DNA of 64,000 nucleotides from Cyanophora paradoxa CCMP329 (GCA_004431415.1 QPMI01000489.1:1-64000), one strand, 5' to 3'. Positions 1 to 13,740 are shown, counted from the first letter of the stretch. Made by a program: numbers and translations. The notes: a model not told the origin generated them from the sequence alone.

Positions 1-568
1 CTATCAAGAATTCGAAGGACCCTTCCGCTCGCACACCGTCTGGTCGACTTCCGAACACGCATCAAATTTGGGCTTACCTTACTCAGAATATACCCGGTGA
101 GCATATGCATGAAATCAATGGCTCATGTTTCCATCTCTGAACTGATACCCCGCGTGTCAGGCGTTGATTTCGGACCAGAGCCTGGCCAGGGAATTAAAAG
201 AACGCGTTCAGCCGGAAACGACTCAGCAATAGACTTCAGCCAGAAGCCATTACGGCGCGAACGACGATCCCAATTCCTCAGACGCATCTGTTGACTCCAG
301 TGCATCGCGCACGCGGCAGCGCGGTGGCAGGCTCAGGCTGCAGCGAGAGTCCTCCAATCTTTAGCTTCAGCTCCGTATGTCGGTTCGAGCGTCTTAAATG
401 TTTCTGGTTTTTTTAATTCTGAGTGATTCGAAGGCGACAAGCCAGTGAAGCGCAAGAAGCGAGAAAAACGAAGTCCCCGCTTGTCGTTTCTTGCTCCCGT
501 GGCATGATTGAATTCAGTCGATGTGACAACTTTCCACGGCGCTGGCAACTCGCGGCTGAGGTTGTCAA

Positions 569-1255
569 ATGGTCGCTATGCGGATGAAGCTGGAGCGGTG
601 TACGATATGCGTTTTCATATCGGAAGGAGAGTCTGCCAGCATTCTGAAGAAACAAGACAACATGAAAGCCTCATCCATTGGATCGCTCTCTCGATCTTTG
701 AATTATGGCGAGCTCGGCCTCGTTGACATCAAAACGATAGCAGAGTTCATTTCCGGGGGGTCTTGCCGGAAGGGAACTCGACTTGGAGCTGGACTCGCCA
801 GAGGTTGTGATTGCGGACATAGGAGCAGGTTCAGGTGGCGTTCTGAGGGCAGCTCAGCCTCATATTTGCTCTCATGGAGAGGCAGCTTCCATTTCGTCTG
901 AAGAAACTCGTCGGATTCGAAATCTTGCAGATGTTTCTCGCAAGCTTCAAAAAACTTCAGATATCCTTTCTTCAGCAGTGCCGATCCGTTATGTTCAGCG
1001 AATTCCCAGAAGTGATTGCGTTGCTCGAGGCGTATACACAACGCACCAGAGCTGGTTATCGGCGAAGCCGGCTTGCCGACTTCGGAAGTCTGGGGTGAGC
1101 TCCCTTTTCTTACATATGGATTCCACCTACTTCTCTGTTTAATGTGATGAATGCAGAATTACGCACGCTGTTATTAGTGATCAAGTGATGGAACACGATA
1201 TTCGCGAATCAATCTTCGTCCGTCTTGCGGTTCAGTGCGCCTCGGGCTTCCTGGT
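569..1255 (+). pseudogene. DOT1-like class I SAM-dependent methyltransferase domain, frameshifted
   Basis: Joining three frames gives SLNYGELGLVDIKTIAEFISG..SPEVVIADIGAGSGGVL-GQLSLIFALM..LKKLVGFEI.., then after an intron ITHAVISDQVM. This matches the DOT1 motif order YGE / DLGSGVG..Q / GxE / motif IV. It needs +1 shifts in the G6 run at 755-760 and near 846. Motif IV is divergent. Confidence 0.55.
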
Positions 1256-2798
1256 GGGTCCAAGTTGCTGTCTTTTTTACTCTAAGCAAAGCTGTTTTGA
1301 CATCCTGTTTTTCCAAAAGATACTTTCCATCATCCATGGTCGGAACGCGATGTGCATCACTGCAGACTTCTTGGTCGTTTCAATTACCTGGGAATTCTCA
1401 GCTGCGCCAACAAGGTGATCGACGGGAATTCAGATTCAGTTTCAAGGCAGGCAAGGCTTCGGCCACGAACTGTCCCTCAAGGATTGTACTCAACGTACAA
1501 CGTGGACGCATTTCACGTGTTTCGCCTCGAACCAGAACGACTTGAGCGTCCGCTTGCTGACGTGCCGGAGTTGCCGGAATTCACGGGAGGCTTCGCTTTT
1601 CTTCCAGAGCACACGCTGGGTGACCCTTTCAATGACATCCACATGCAGAATTGTGCGTAATGATCATCTCAAAGTCTTCCATTGCCTAATTTCGAGCATA
1701 ATTATAAACAGTTTTGGAGATTGTTGGTGCGAAACAGTTGATGCGTCAACTTGGAATCCGACCCCTAGAATTCCATGGAAATGTCGTTGAGAGCATTGTC
1801 TCCAAGATTGCATCTCTGGAACGGCACCGCAAACCAGCGCCCGGGGTCGCCTTCGTATTGGAAGAGGCATTCCACTGGTAATCTATTTCTTTTAACGTAT
1901 AACAATATCGTTTCGCTTATTTTTTTCATCGCAAAGGACTGCTCACGTGCTTTTGAGTTCTCGGATGGGCCGGGAATGGTTTTTTACGATTCTCTTGGGA
2001 CCTACTTTCAAAACTCGGCTGTCATCGCTGGTGAGATGCTTTCGAGCATGCGAGGATGTGACCGCTGGTTGCCGGAAACACGACTTGAGGACCGTGTCTG
2101 TCGAATCGATTTATTTCCCTGCTCCACGTCAACTGCTCAGGACGCGTTCACATTGTCGGTCGCATTTCAATTGCTCGCATTGCTGAAATTTACCGGTACT
2201 GAAGGCTTAACGGCAGTGCGGAGTCCATGCAGGCGACTTCTTACTCCAGTTGTCTGAATGTCTGAACGACATTCTCGACGCGTCTGGCGCCGTTAGGCCT
2301 CCGACGTTGCAGATGTGGTACCCAACAGGGCAGCTGCATGAGGAAGAATACGAGAAGCAGGCTTCGTACACGTATCCGATTTCTCTCGAAGAATTCAAGG
2401 AGAAACTTACTCTGCACCTTATGGCGCGTTTCATCAATCACGATATCACGGCTTCCCCTGAAGAGCACATCAAAGAACTTGAACTCAGGTTCGGGAGGTT
2501 CAGCTTCGTATTCTTCCTTTTCATGTGCTCGTTTGCAGGTACATCTCGGAAGTCCGAGCTCAGAACTCCAGAATTGAGTCCTCTCCGCACATCCTGGAAC
2601 ACGTTCAGAAACTTTATCATACTCGCCCTCCAAACCAGGCCCGAATTTCACATGATGGATCGGAGCTGGCAAAAAAGCGGATGAATGAGGTTATCAAGGC
2701 TTACAATTCTAACTTCCAGTTTCCACATATTCCAAAAGCCGGTTCGTGAGCGTTGTTCTAGCGCTGTTCGATTTTTGACCGCGCTGTTCCGCGCGGCA

Positions 2799-3565
2799 GT
2801 GAGAGAACAACTGAGCCATGATTGCTGCGTCTGCTTCGGGGCCACGGGGTCACGTCTGCTTCTTTGCCGCGATTCTCCTGCTTGCCACAACATTGTTTCC
2901 GAATACCAGTGCACTCCTTTCAACTGCTCTTATGGCACTACCGATTGCGGAAATCGGAACTTCAAGATCGTGGGTCAGTCTTCAAGTATTTCCGTGGAAG
3001 TTTTCGACGAGCAGAATGACTGTGGTGTTGGCATCCGGAACCCGAAGTGGGCCCCCAGAATACGAGCAGGCATGTTTTTGGGAGAGCTTCTGGGGAACAA
3101 ATGCAACAGGTCCAGAGCAAGTTCCCGGTCGAAAAGCTACGCGGCTCACAACGCATGTTCGACTGAAACATCTTCTCAACTGGTTATTCCGTTCTTTCTT
3201 CCAATTACAAGTACCCTTCCTACTTGCTTGAACAGGCCTGCGCGTGCAGGTTGCTGGATATGGCAGCCGGGGCTGGCCAGTGCTGCAGAATCACAGCTGC
3301 AAACCGAACGTCGAGCTTCGACCAGTGATGGTTGGTGACAGATATCGTTTTGGGTTTTATGCTTTGTTAGACATTGAGCCAGGTGATCCCCTCACGTGGA
3401 AGTATTCGGTACGTGCTTGACGTAGTCACATTCCCACATTCTTCGAATTCACGACCTCCGGGCCTCCAGTCGGAACCCCTCGACGACAGCAGCCAAGAGC
3501 AAATATGCAAATGCCCCGAGTGCCGCCGACCCAATTGCAAAAGGCCGAATCGCATCTATGTGTAG
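2799..3565 (+). pseudogene. AWS-SET-postSET histone lysine methyltransferase (Set2/NSD/ASH1-like), possibly disrupted
   Basis: AWS DCCVC..LCRDSPACHN..QC..C..G..DCGNRNF; SET GVGIR..GMFLGELLG; intron 3183-3235; LLDMAAGAGQCCR; NHSCKPN (from 3289) ..YRFGFYALLDIEPGDPLTWKY; post-SET CKCPECRRPNC. A frame break lies just before NHSC. Upstream exons (~1300-2750) may belong to the same gene. Confidence 0.75.
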
Positions 3566-3792
3566 GGGAGAATGTAGCTTTATTAGGAATTAGGAGAGTA
3601 GCTTTTTGAGGAATTAGGAAGTAATAGATTTGAATTGATGAGGAAGCAACTGCGCCTGCAGGCATTCACACGTGCACGCGCATGCACGCACGTCATGATC
3701 ATCATGTGCATAAGCCGTCCTCGCTGATCATGAGGGGACAGAGGCATAATTAAATATTAATCGTCCTAGTGGCTCCGGCCCATCATGCGGAT

Positions 3793-4478
3793 CTCGAGGC
3801 TCGAGCTCCATCATCAGCGCCGTGTGTCTTCTAGGCTGGGCCCGGAGGGTTGCTTGCTACGAGACACGAGCTTTTGATCATGACTGGCCATGCGTCGAGC
3901 TCGCCGAGTCGCCCTGGTACCGAGGCCTGAGGCTTCATGATCACGAGCTCGATGGGCTCATGATCAGAAGAATCATGATTGTGTGCTTTATCACCAGGAC
4001 CGGATCCGAAAGGCCCGGGCCTCCGAGGCTCTGCGGCTGCATTAAGTCATGATCAGGGATCCGGAGCCTCAAAGGGAGCTGCCGAGGCCTGAGCCCAGTG
4101 AGGCTCAGCGGCGTCATGATCCGATGCACATGATCACAAGCTCGAGCTCCGAGGCTCTCAGATCTAGAGTCTATGACCAGCGCATGTCCCCTGGGCCTCA
4201 AAGGAGGCCTGAGGCTTTCTCGAGGCTCGAGCTCCCATCATCAGCGCCGTGTGTCTTCTAGGCTGGGCCCGGAGGGTTGCTTGCTACGAGACACGAGCTT
4301 TTTGATCATGACTGGCCATGCGTCGAGCTCGCCGAGTCGCCCTGGTACCGAGGCCTGAGGCTTCATGATCACGAGCTCGATGCCATGATGGGCTCATGAT
4401 CAGAAGAATCATGATTGTGTGCTTTATCACCAGGACCGGATCCGAAAGGCCCGGGCCTCCGAGGCTCTGCGGCTGCAT
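3793..4478. repeat. ~250-bp direct repeat (3793-4042 and 4219-4478) in TCATGA/GAGCTC-rich spacer
   Basis: Two near-identical copies differing by small indels, between the convergent SET and transposase genes. Confidence 0.9.
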
Positions 4479-4557
4479 GCCGCAGGCCACAAGAAATAAT
4501 AAATTTGTTACAAGCTAATTATTTGCATAAATGACGTCTTGCGCATGCAGCTGTAGG

Positions 4558-7500
4558 CTACGTTTTACGCAGGGACGTGAACGGCAGCCGCTCGCCAAGA
4601 AAGTTCCTAACCTCTCCCTTATCTGGGAAGCACTGCTGAGCTCTGATAAGGTGATCGATTGTTGGGTTAGGGAGCACACGCTCGAATTGCGACGATGTGT
4701 GGTCGGGGAGAGGCATCAGGCGCCAAGGCTCGATGGTGTCAGGCCACACCCAACGACAGAGAGGGTCCTCTTTGGTGATGTCGATTCGGTCGCAGTTCAA
4801 GTTGGGCATAAACGAGCAAGCTGAGAAGGGTAGACCGCAGCTCGAATGATGCGAAACGCACCCCGGGTGCCTTTGCGTGGGCGAACTCGAAAAGGCCTCT
4901 GGCACGAGCATAGCGCCGGACCGGCTCTCGCCGGTCAGGATGCGCTTGGATCTCCTCGGCGCTGAGGTAACCCATTCGCCCGAGGGGAATGATAGGGTAG
5001 GGATGGCCCCCCTCGTCGCAGAGCTGCCGTCGGGGAACCATCGCGATAAAGGACATGAATGAGCTGTCGTGCTTGTCGGTTGAGAGTTCGCTGGAAATGA
5101 ACAGGTGGTGGTTGGCGTAAAAGCAAGGATACATAGTTCCCTTTCGAGGTGGGACGCCAATCCATTCTCGAGGCATGATGGAGAAGTGCGGATCCATCGG
5201 ACGCCAGGGCCCAGCCTCCGGCAATACAGGTTCTATCGTGTATTCCCAGCTCGGCCTGGGTGCGCATGCTGATCATGATCACGAAGAAACAAACAAGGGG
5301 CGGATCGATATCCGGATGGTTCGAACCAGGTGCCTTTAGTCTCTATGAATCGCTCTCGCTCGTCAACGTAGAGGTCGAAGAAAACGGCCAGATACGGGGG
5401 ATTTCCGAACAGCTCCTCCCGCTCGCAAAACGAAGAGATTAAGCCACCGTACTCTTCATCGTGATTGTCATCACTGTGCAGAATTAATGCGAGTTTGTCA
5501 TCAATGTGGGGCAGATCTAGACTCTAGATCTGCAGCTGGCGGCGGCAATTGCGAATTCGAATTTCGAACCTTCCTTCAAGAATGAACCCCAGCTCTGGTT
5601 TGGTTTTCTTACTGTATTCGACGCCAGCTGTGTGAATATCGTAGCTGTAGCCACGTTTGCCCTTCCGAATGGCACCGGCTTTTTCCGTGTCAAGAAGGTG
5701 TGGAATTTTGTTCAAGAACTCGCTTGTTGCATGCTGCAGGACGGCAAGGGCTCCCATTTCCTGCAAACAAAATCCGTTCAAACGTCTCCAATACCGAAAT
5801 TCAATATGCATTGCAATAGATATTTTCACAACTTGCCTGCGTTCGTCGGGCCGCACTCGTTATCAGAGATGATTGTGCCCCGATTCCTGCAGTAACTTTC
5901 ACATTGTGACCGCCCCGCTCCGTTCCACGGGAAGAAACTGCTGGCGCCGGCCCCAGCTCGATGCATCCGTCCACTCTTCGCACATTTAAGCCGATTGCAG
6001 GCAAGCTACAGCCAATGGTTCGCGCACGCATCAACAACGAGAGCTGCATACATTGTCCAGAACGGCACGGGTACGTAGTGACGTTCGGCACCCCTTGTAA
6101 GAACTGCTAGTTTGCGGAGTTCAAGCAAGAAGTCCGGATAAACAATCTGTTACAACGTCACGGACGTGTCGGAGCCTTTGCTTTCTCAACGTTACCTTCG
6201 ATCCAATGCCGTGCAGGACGTCCAGTTGATTGATTACGAGGATCCGATAGAGGCAATTCTGTTTATCCATATCCGCATCAAGACACATGCGAAGAATGTC
6301 GCCTGCCACGTCTGCAATAGCGAACTTTTGAAAGTTTCGTCCAGTCCGTAAAAACGACGGTTCGTCCATCTGCACACATGGTTACTCCTGCTAGTCCTAA
6401 TTATAAACATCAAAGTTCGCTCTTCTCGATTTGTAATTGCGAACTTCACTTAAATTGGGTCTGGCGAATTTAATTCTTACCGTTGTTCCTGAAAAGTGCG
6501 GATATCGTGCGCGCCTTGCAACACGCTCGATAGCATCGTACAGCCGTTCAGTGGCTTCCCAGGCAAACGGCGCGTTATCTTCGAGTTCCGCGACAAGGTC
6601 GACTGGCTGGCGTGGAGGAGGCTTGCCATTTCGGAGAGCTGCTTCGTAAAGTCGCCGATCCTTTTCCATCTTTTGCTCTGCGCAGCGTATTTCCGCTTCG
6701 CTTGGCGCCCTGTAAAGGACAAGAACATCCATGTTGATGCTTAACCTTCGCATTGACGAAAGTAATTAAGTTAGTGGTTGTACGTTGCAAATCAACCACG
6801 AATGGAAGTTGGAAGATGCAACGACACACTGAATCGAGGTAGGACTGAGCTTATCACCATTATTCGCGTTGCCGCGAAGATAGTTGAAGACATCCGCCAG
6901 ACGGTTTTTGACGAGGTGGAATTCGTCAGTATGCCGCGCCCCTGAACGGTCAACACCCATGTCGAAATTCAGCTCGCCATGCCGCAGGAACTCCCAGTCG
7001 CTCTCGCTGAAGTCGCATAGGGGGCCGAGCCGAAAGTGTGGCCATTCCGCTAAAGTCGGCAAGCCTTGAACGCCTGGTCAGAGACAATTCAATGGACGGC
7101 GCGTTCGAAGGATGTTCACTTATATCCATTCTAAAAGGTTTACCGAAGGTTTTCGTTTTCACAAATTGAACAAAAGCTGTTTGCGTAATCTCTTTCCGAA
7201 ACCATCTTTGGCGTTGGATCTCTACAGCATGTCCGTCGGCTCGCTGTACCGAAGGGTGTCAGAACAGCTGCAGTGGGAACGTTTCAGTCCGTCGGCTCGA
7301 TGCACCATGCAGTAGTCCGTTCGGGCAGATGGGGGTCTATCATGATCCTTGGTCAGTACGCACAACTCCCGCATCCAGTGTTTGAGCGGGAGATCGTGTG
7401 CTTGAAACATGTTTTTCCCGGCGGTTTTGCTCTGCGCTTTCCAGAAATCCACCTTCGAAGCGGATGGCCGTGCTCGCCACTGTGCGACGCTGCAGAAAGT

Positions 7501-9627
7501 TTAGGTTTCTGTCCCGGAATACAAAGCCGCGCAAGGATGCGTTACGCGAACTTATCATAAATGCCGTTGCGCATCCGGGAGGTCATCGATATTGAGAGCC
7601 ATTGTGAAATATGCTTTGTCAGTTTTGCCGGTGAGAGGATTGCAAAACCCCACTCTGCTCAACGGTATTGAATGATTGAAAGAAAGAGACAGATTATAAG
7701 GCATGCAAACCCTTGGCTTTCGGGAGCGGGGACTCCTGGGGGCGGCGGCTGGTTGGCAACAAGCCACGGTGTAAGGAATACGCGGAACATTCCATCGAAG
7801 TTTCTCGGCTTCCCATCCATGAGAAAAACAAGGCGTTGCATTGCTGTTCTGAGCGAAACGGGGTGAGACAAGTGGCGAAAAAGCGGAAAGCGAGATAATG
7901 ATCACGCACCGCCAATTAGGATGCGCAGACATAGGTATCACAAACACAGGGGTGAAAGAGCCGCCGTGGGACCTAGAAACACGACATTAGAGTCCAGTTT
8001 TCAGAATAAGCTGTAGGTGTGGAAATGACCAGCTGTGCGTCACTGCGGAATCTGTAGAGTATGCGCACACAACTCCAAGACCGTCCGAAATTCGCACACA
8101 GCCCTCCTCGTGAAGAGAAGAGAAAAGTCTTGATTGAACAAAGTCGCCAGTGAGATGTTGGGTTTCGGATTCTTGCGACCGCAAATAGTAATCTGGAACA
8201 CGATCGCCCCCAATCTGTATTGCTCGAACGCCGTAACTGGACGCCGTTGTGTAAATTTGATCAGCCGTGGCCGCACCGACAGAATCGAAATCAACGCACT
8301 GGAACCGGGGATAATACGAAGGACTGTTCAGTAGCTGCTGAAAACTCCGGGTCGGATCAAAAAAGAAGCCCACCACACCATCGGCATAGGTTGAATGGCC
8401 ACACTCGCAGACTGTATTTGGAGGAACAGTTCCGTCTTCGATCCAGACTGTCTTGCAAATCGCCACCTTGTGCTTTGTCTCTTTATACCACATGTCCTGA
8501 AAGTGATGGAAGGCTGAGCAGGGAAATGTTAACGTTTCGAACACGAAAATTGAAAGTGGTTGATTATTTACCGCTACGAATTCTTGGATTTCTCTAATCA
8601 TTCTCTTCCAAGACCCGAGCTGCCTCGTTGCAGTTTGTTGGCCCTCAATGATGAGAGACACAGCCGCGTTGATTGATGCAAACATCTCAACAGGTGCTTG
8701 TGTAAAGCGTTTCTTCAATGCGAGGCAAAAAGTGATGTAATCCATGCGCTAGAGAACAGTTAAAAAGCCAATACAGCCAATATCAAGCAATGTATTGAAT
8801 GCTCCAGCACGCACCGACACTTTACAGCCCTCAAAAAGAGGCTCAGAATAAAAATTCTGCCTGTTGGTAGTGCATTCATCATCTGAGCCGTCGAGCGCTG
8901 CGTCCTGATCCGACTCTAGGCCATAATCCACTTGATCCGCCCTAGCTGGGTCTGCACGTATGTCGTCCGCTTGGCCTTCCTCTGCGGCTGGGTCGTCGAA
9001 AGCCTCATGAGCATGATCATCGCCATCGATGCCATCGACGATATTGGATTCATGTCCAGGTTCATTGCCGTTTTCTTGAGGACCAATACGATCAGTATAT
9101 CTACCCAGCCTTCGCAGCATACGAGCGGCTTTATTGTTGACACGTTTGCGCTTCGAATTGGAATCTGTTTGTCGCTCGTTGCCTTGAAGTGCTGCCGGGG
9201 CTGCTAATCGTCGTCTTCTTAGTGCCGCTCGAACCGAAATTGTCGGGATCGGTACGTCAAGAACTTCGGCTACGAAAGGAACGAAATCGCTTACAGGAGC
9301 TCTCCGGGCAGCTTGCTCTACTAGACTGGATCCATATTTGTCTAGGTGCAAATGTATCCTTTGCACCCAAGACGAGACGCGCTTTCCATTGCAGCGCGAG
9401 CAAGGGCACTCGACTTGCCGATCGCTGCTACTGAATCCGGTGTGCGCTAGCAGTTGATGTGCATTGAAAACCTCAGGACGCACTAACTTGCCTTGACACT
9501 TCTGACATTCGCACCGCAGTCGCTCTGACCGCTGCATGGCGTGGTTCGCACCGCTGCTCCAGGTTCTTCCCCCCCCGGGGGGTACACGGCGCAGTTTGAA
9601 AACATCGGCGTGGAGCATCTCGACCAT
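4558..9627 (-). pseudogene. CACTA/EnSpm DDE transposase (TnpD/Transposase_21-like), multi-exon, with apparent frameshifts/stops
   Basis: Motifs in family order: CECQKC/CPCSRC..HL; EPLFEGC; CECGHSTY..FFFDPTRSFQQLL; LMDGKPRNFDGMFRVFLTP; MALNIDDLP (~7576-7600); LPLKHWMR; LPTLAEWPHF..RHTDEFHLVKN (6904-6933, cf. HxLDVMHxEKN); GIGSKV..DCLSGL; MH..EMGAL..SEFLNK; C-terminal YANHHLFISS..DSS..RYARARGLFEF. Confidence 0.8.
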
Positions 9628-10176
9628 CCGTAAGCATCTTGAGCTCTTCTGAGTGTGCTTAGTCTTGCTGTAGTGCGATCGGAGTTTTCCGAAGCCCGGT
9701 ACAGCGACGCGATGAGATGCGCACCTAGGCGATGAGATGCGCTCCTAGGCAGCAATGAGACAGCAACAGAATGTCACTTAGCGCTGTTCGCAGAGTTGAC
9801 TGCCCCAATGGCCAGCCCGCGGCCGCCAGTGAGCACTAGTGGCGTGCATGCGTTACCGGCGACCCCAGCGGAAGCTAGCGGTGCAAATGGTGCGCATGCT
9901 TGTACTATGGTGCGCTTTTCCGCGGTACCAAGCCTGCGCAGTAATCGTAGCACGAAAAGCAAATGTCTTCAAGTGGAGGACTGCGTTGTTCAATGAGCTC
10001 CACAAGGTCTATGTGTACGCGTACGCTGTGGATATGCCGCTGTTGCAATCGTTTCATTAGCTCCACAGAGATTGTGGACGTGCAGAACCTCCGGCCGTGC
10101 ACATGAACTATGATACGACAACGTGCGCCCACGTTAGGTTCCCTTCTATGCAATCGTCGCAATTAGACCAACGGGC

Positions 10177-13100
10177 GTGGTTCCAATCAGGTTTTTTAAC
10201 GTCGAACGAGCTTTTCTAGCTGCAGTCGAAGAAGCCAACGAAGTGTTACCGATATCGAGCAAAATTGTCATTCCGCCTGTTCTCGGAGACGCGATGAAGA
10301 GCGTAAGAGAGCTTCATGCTGCTGCTCAGGAGGTTCGCGACATCGATCTACGCTTGGCCTCAATCACGTGCGCATTCATTTTGCAAATACGAAGCTGTGT
10401 TGCGAAAGGTTGATTCCCTGTACAGCTCCTGTGACTTGCTGGCAGACGATGTTGATATTGATCCTTCAAATTTTGATGCTCTTCTGGCAGAAAATCAAGA
10501 AGCGGCGAGGAGATGCACTCTGGCCAGAAATACTTGCGTTGAATGTACGCAGTCTTACTCGTCCCCGCTAGTATAACAGCTTACACTACATGTGCAGCTA
10601 TTGGAAAGGTCCCGAACTGTGGAAACCGAAGCAAAGGCGGAGAACCCGTTCCAGTTCCAGCGGTGTGCATGCATCCCAGCGCTTTATGGACTTGACAGCC
10701 GATGCTAAGAGCTCTCCTCACATGTTCAGGCCGGAAACTCCTCTGGCGGCCGCTTCAAAACGGTGTTCTTCAGCAATTCGAGCGTTCGAATGCTGATGCC
10801 CGAGTGCTGAAACCTTTGCCGTTGCTGTTGCTTTCAGGCAGCAACCGTCTCTGGCGAAAATATTCCAGCGGCAGTTCCTTCGTTGAAGGTGATTTCCCGT
10901 TGTTTCACCATTCGAATATCGATGCTGCCCGGTCCTGAAAATCTGGTCGGTGCTTTGCCCTCAGACTGCTGATAAAGGAGGTCCTCTGAAGGTGCTGTCT
11001 TTCTTTGTGTCTGCAATTTCTTCTTCACCGGTTACGCCTCTGATTTTGTGGAAGCCGATGACGCTTTTGGCGAACGCTGCTTCCCTTGCTCGAAATGTGG
11101 TCCTGCTGTTGTGTATTGCTATCGCAAACTGATGGGAAGCGCAGATTCTGAAGAATCAGAGCGTGAATACAGTCGGCAGATCGACGACAGCAATCCTTCA
11201 GAAGAACGATGAGAACAAAAACGATGGATCCGACCGCGAGGGGTCGGAGAAGGAGAACTCATACGCGGGTCTCGCTGCGCACCGCCTTTCGGGCGGTCGC
11301 AGTAACGCCAATGCGTGGGGTGAACTCGATTGCTGTTTGCAATCGCACGTTGAAGAACTTACGCTCTCACAAACAGCATCGGTTCTCAGGCAGCCTGCGA
11401 ACGATCCAGAGGAGCTTTGGCCTCTTCAAGTACAGACTCTTGTCGACGATATCATGAGAGTCTTTGGTGCGTTTTTCGAATTACACACGCACATGATCAA
11501 AACATGACCAACATACGTGCGCATGACAAAAAACAATCAGACGTCTCGAACACGATCTTCGGCGGCCGTCCACAAGTCCCTGTAGACTTCAAGGCAACGC
11601 TGGAGGCTTCAGTGCGGCTTCTGATTGGGACCGTTGAATATCAGAGCCGCAGACACCAGTCATCCGCGATGGCTGTTCGCTTTCTTCATGTCCTTATGAC
11701 CGGATTCATTTTTTTTGATGAAATCCGTGTCGGCAGCGTGAAGCTCTTCTTGCACTCTTCGCGAAGCTCCGAGAAAACAGCTACGACACTGCGCTTCCTG
11801 TGGGCGTTGATTGCGTGGCCATCACGCATGGTTCGGATTTGCATTCACCATTCAGTTCAGATTTCCATTCAGTTTCCATTGCAAAACGCCCAACCACGCT
11901 CAGGTTTCTCTTTCCTCGGAAGGCGCGACGAAAAGAATCCACGAGTCTTCATTCACAATGCTCGGTCTCCTTTTATTCGTATCAATTTTATGGTATATCT
12001 TCAGGCCATTTGGGACGCACTTGGGCAACCCATTTGGCTTGAGATGAAAACATCGTACAGCAGTGCGAATCGCTTTTTCGGAATATGATATCTTTTTTAA
12101 ATTCCGATGGTCCGCTACAGAGCTGATTCAACGCATCCTTCTCGCCCTCAAGTACACCTGTTGCACAATGACAGCAAACGGCGTTTATCCTGAAGGAGTT
12201 CCAGACGGAAATCCAGCACCGGTTCATATCTTTGTTTTCCTCATCATCATCATTCACCGACATACCACGTCAGGAGCCGTTCACGGAAAAGGTTGTGACG
12301 GAATGGCTAAAGGGTCACGTTAGATATCTTGTTCAAAGTCGCACCACGGAATGGAGGACTACTGTGGCTGTGTGCCAGCCATTATCTTAAATGTGCTGTC
12401 CACGGTTTTCTCATTCTTGCGACAGAACGGCGCAACCTTGTATAATGGCCCGAAAAAGATGAAACGCATGCAGAAACGAGAAGTCGAGCGGGCAAAAGAG
12501 GTTGATAAGTTCTCTAAGCAAATCATCAGCCCCGGAGACTTCAGTACTTGTTGTTCATTTTTCGATATCTTGACGTACCTGATTTCGTTTCGCAGTGAAT
12601 CCGTTCCTTGCTGCACCGGAAGCGATTCCTAACAGTCTGATGCGCTTCAACAAGTTCGAGCTGGTGGACTTGATGCACGTTGGGGCTCCGAATGCGACAG
12701 CCGAGATAGTCGGGACAGGGTTGTACGTCGGCCGTGTGGATTTATCATTCGTCAATCCGCAGCTTGTACGGGCCAACCTGTTTGAATTGGAGGAGGTGCA
12801 TGCGTTGAATACTACCTTATGAGCGCCAGTAATCGTGTTCTCGTGACGAGGCCCTTTGCGATGCCGTACAGAGCGCCCACGATCTGGTTGTCGTGACATC
12901 TGTTTGTCCAACTTGGGTTCAGAAACAGATTCCATACTTCTACATGAAGAAAGGCGTCGCAAAAGAGATCGCGGTGCAGATGGTCAGTCAGAATTCTTGG
13001 ATTGTGTGCAGCACGTGGAACCGGACTGATTGACGCCGCGCAGGTTGTAAGTCACGTAGTCTTTCCAAGATGGTTTTCGTTGCTACTTTGATGACTGCGG

Positions 13101-13500
13101 TCCCGGTGCAGCCGAACATGCAAGTGGCGAACGGAGCGAAACGAGCGATTTTCTGGGCAGGAAATCTTCTTCAAAAGAGCACTGCTAACACGAGTGCATC
13201 CGAGCCAACATCTGGCCTGCTTCTGATGCATCACGTCCGTTATATCTTAATTGTATCGATCCCATTAATCGAATCGATCCACCGATGCAGGAGGAGCTCG
13301 AGTCCGAAGCAAATAGTGCCGTCGCCTCCAAAAAGCCGAGGATCAAGGCATCTGCAGCTGGTGCCGGAACAAGCATGCTGGTGCCGGGAACAAGCATGCT
13401 GGCGCGGCCAGCAAGGGGAAACAAGGAGGGGAGGAGGAAGGAGGGCTCGAAGAGATCAGTGAGCAATTTTTCTTCGGTCGTGTCAATCGACATATTTACA
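10177..13500 (+). CDS. Putative second element gene (possibly TnpA/ORF2-like), degenerate, boundaries uncertain
   Basis: Chain of protein-like exon fragments divergent from the transposase. VDLMHVG..IVGTG (12595-12822) and VPVQPNMQVANGAKRAIFWAGNLL (13070-13200) loosely resemble the TnpA C-terminal domain. Weak. Confidence 0.3.
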
Positions 13501-13740
13501 TAAATGCTGCTCATAATTTGCGTGTCATTAATGAACCAATGAATAGGGATCAGGACGATGATGGTGACGAAGCCTCTGTGAAAAACGTGTGCCCTCTGTC
13601 AATTTCTCTTCACACGCTGTCTTTGCTCTTCATCCCTTCTTTCCATCTATCTAGATGTTCATGCAAAAGCGTGCCTGCACATTGCTCTCGCGCTTGCGTT
13701 TTTGCAGATAACAACACCATCAGAGCCATTTTGACAGAGC

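Noticed and set aside
835-847. 13-nt GT-AG micro-intron that would give DIGAGSGQL
   Set aside because: Shorter than known spliceosomal introns and than others here; a 1-nt indel explains it equally well in a region with other lesions.
1976-1999. MVFYDSLG resembling a Ulp1/C48 protease motif
   Set aside because: No HW upstream or Q-x-x-x-x-x-C-G downstream could be found.
2421-2441. MARFINH as a second SET domain
   Set aside because: Followed by DITAS rather than SCxPN, with no other SET motifs nearby.
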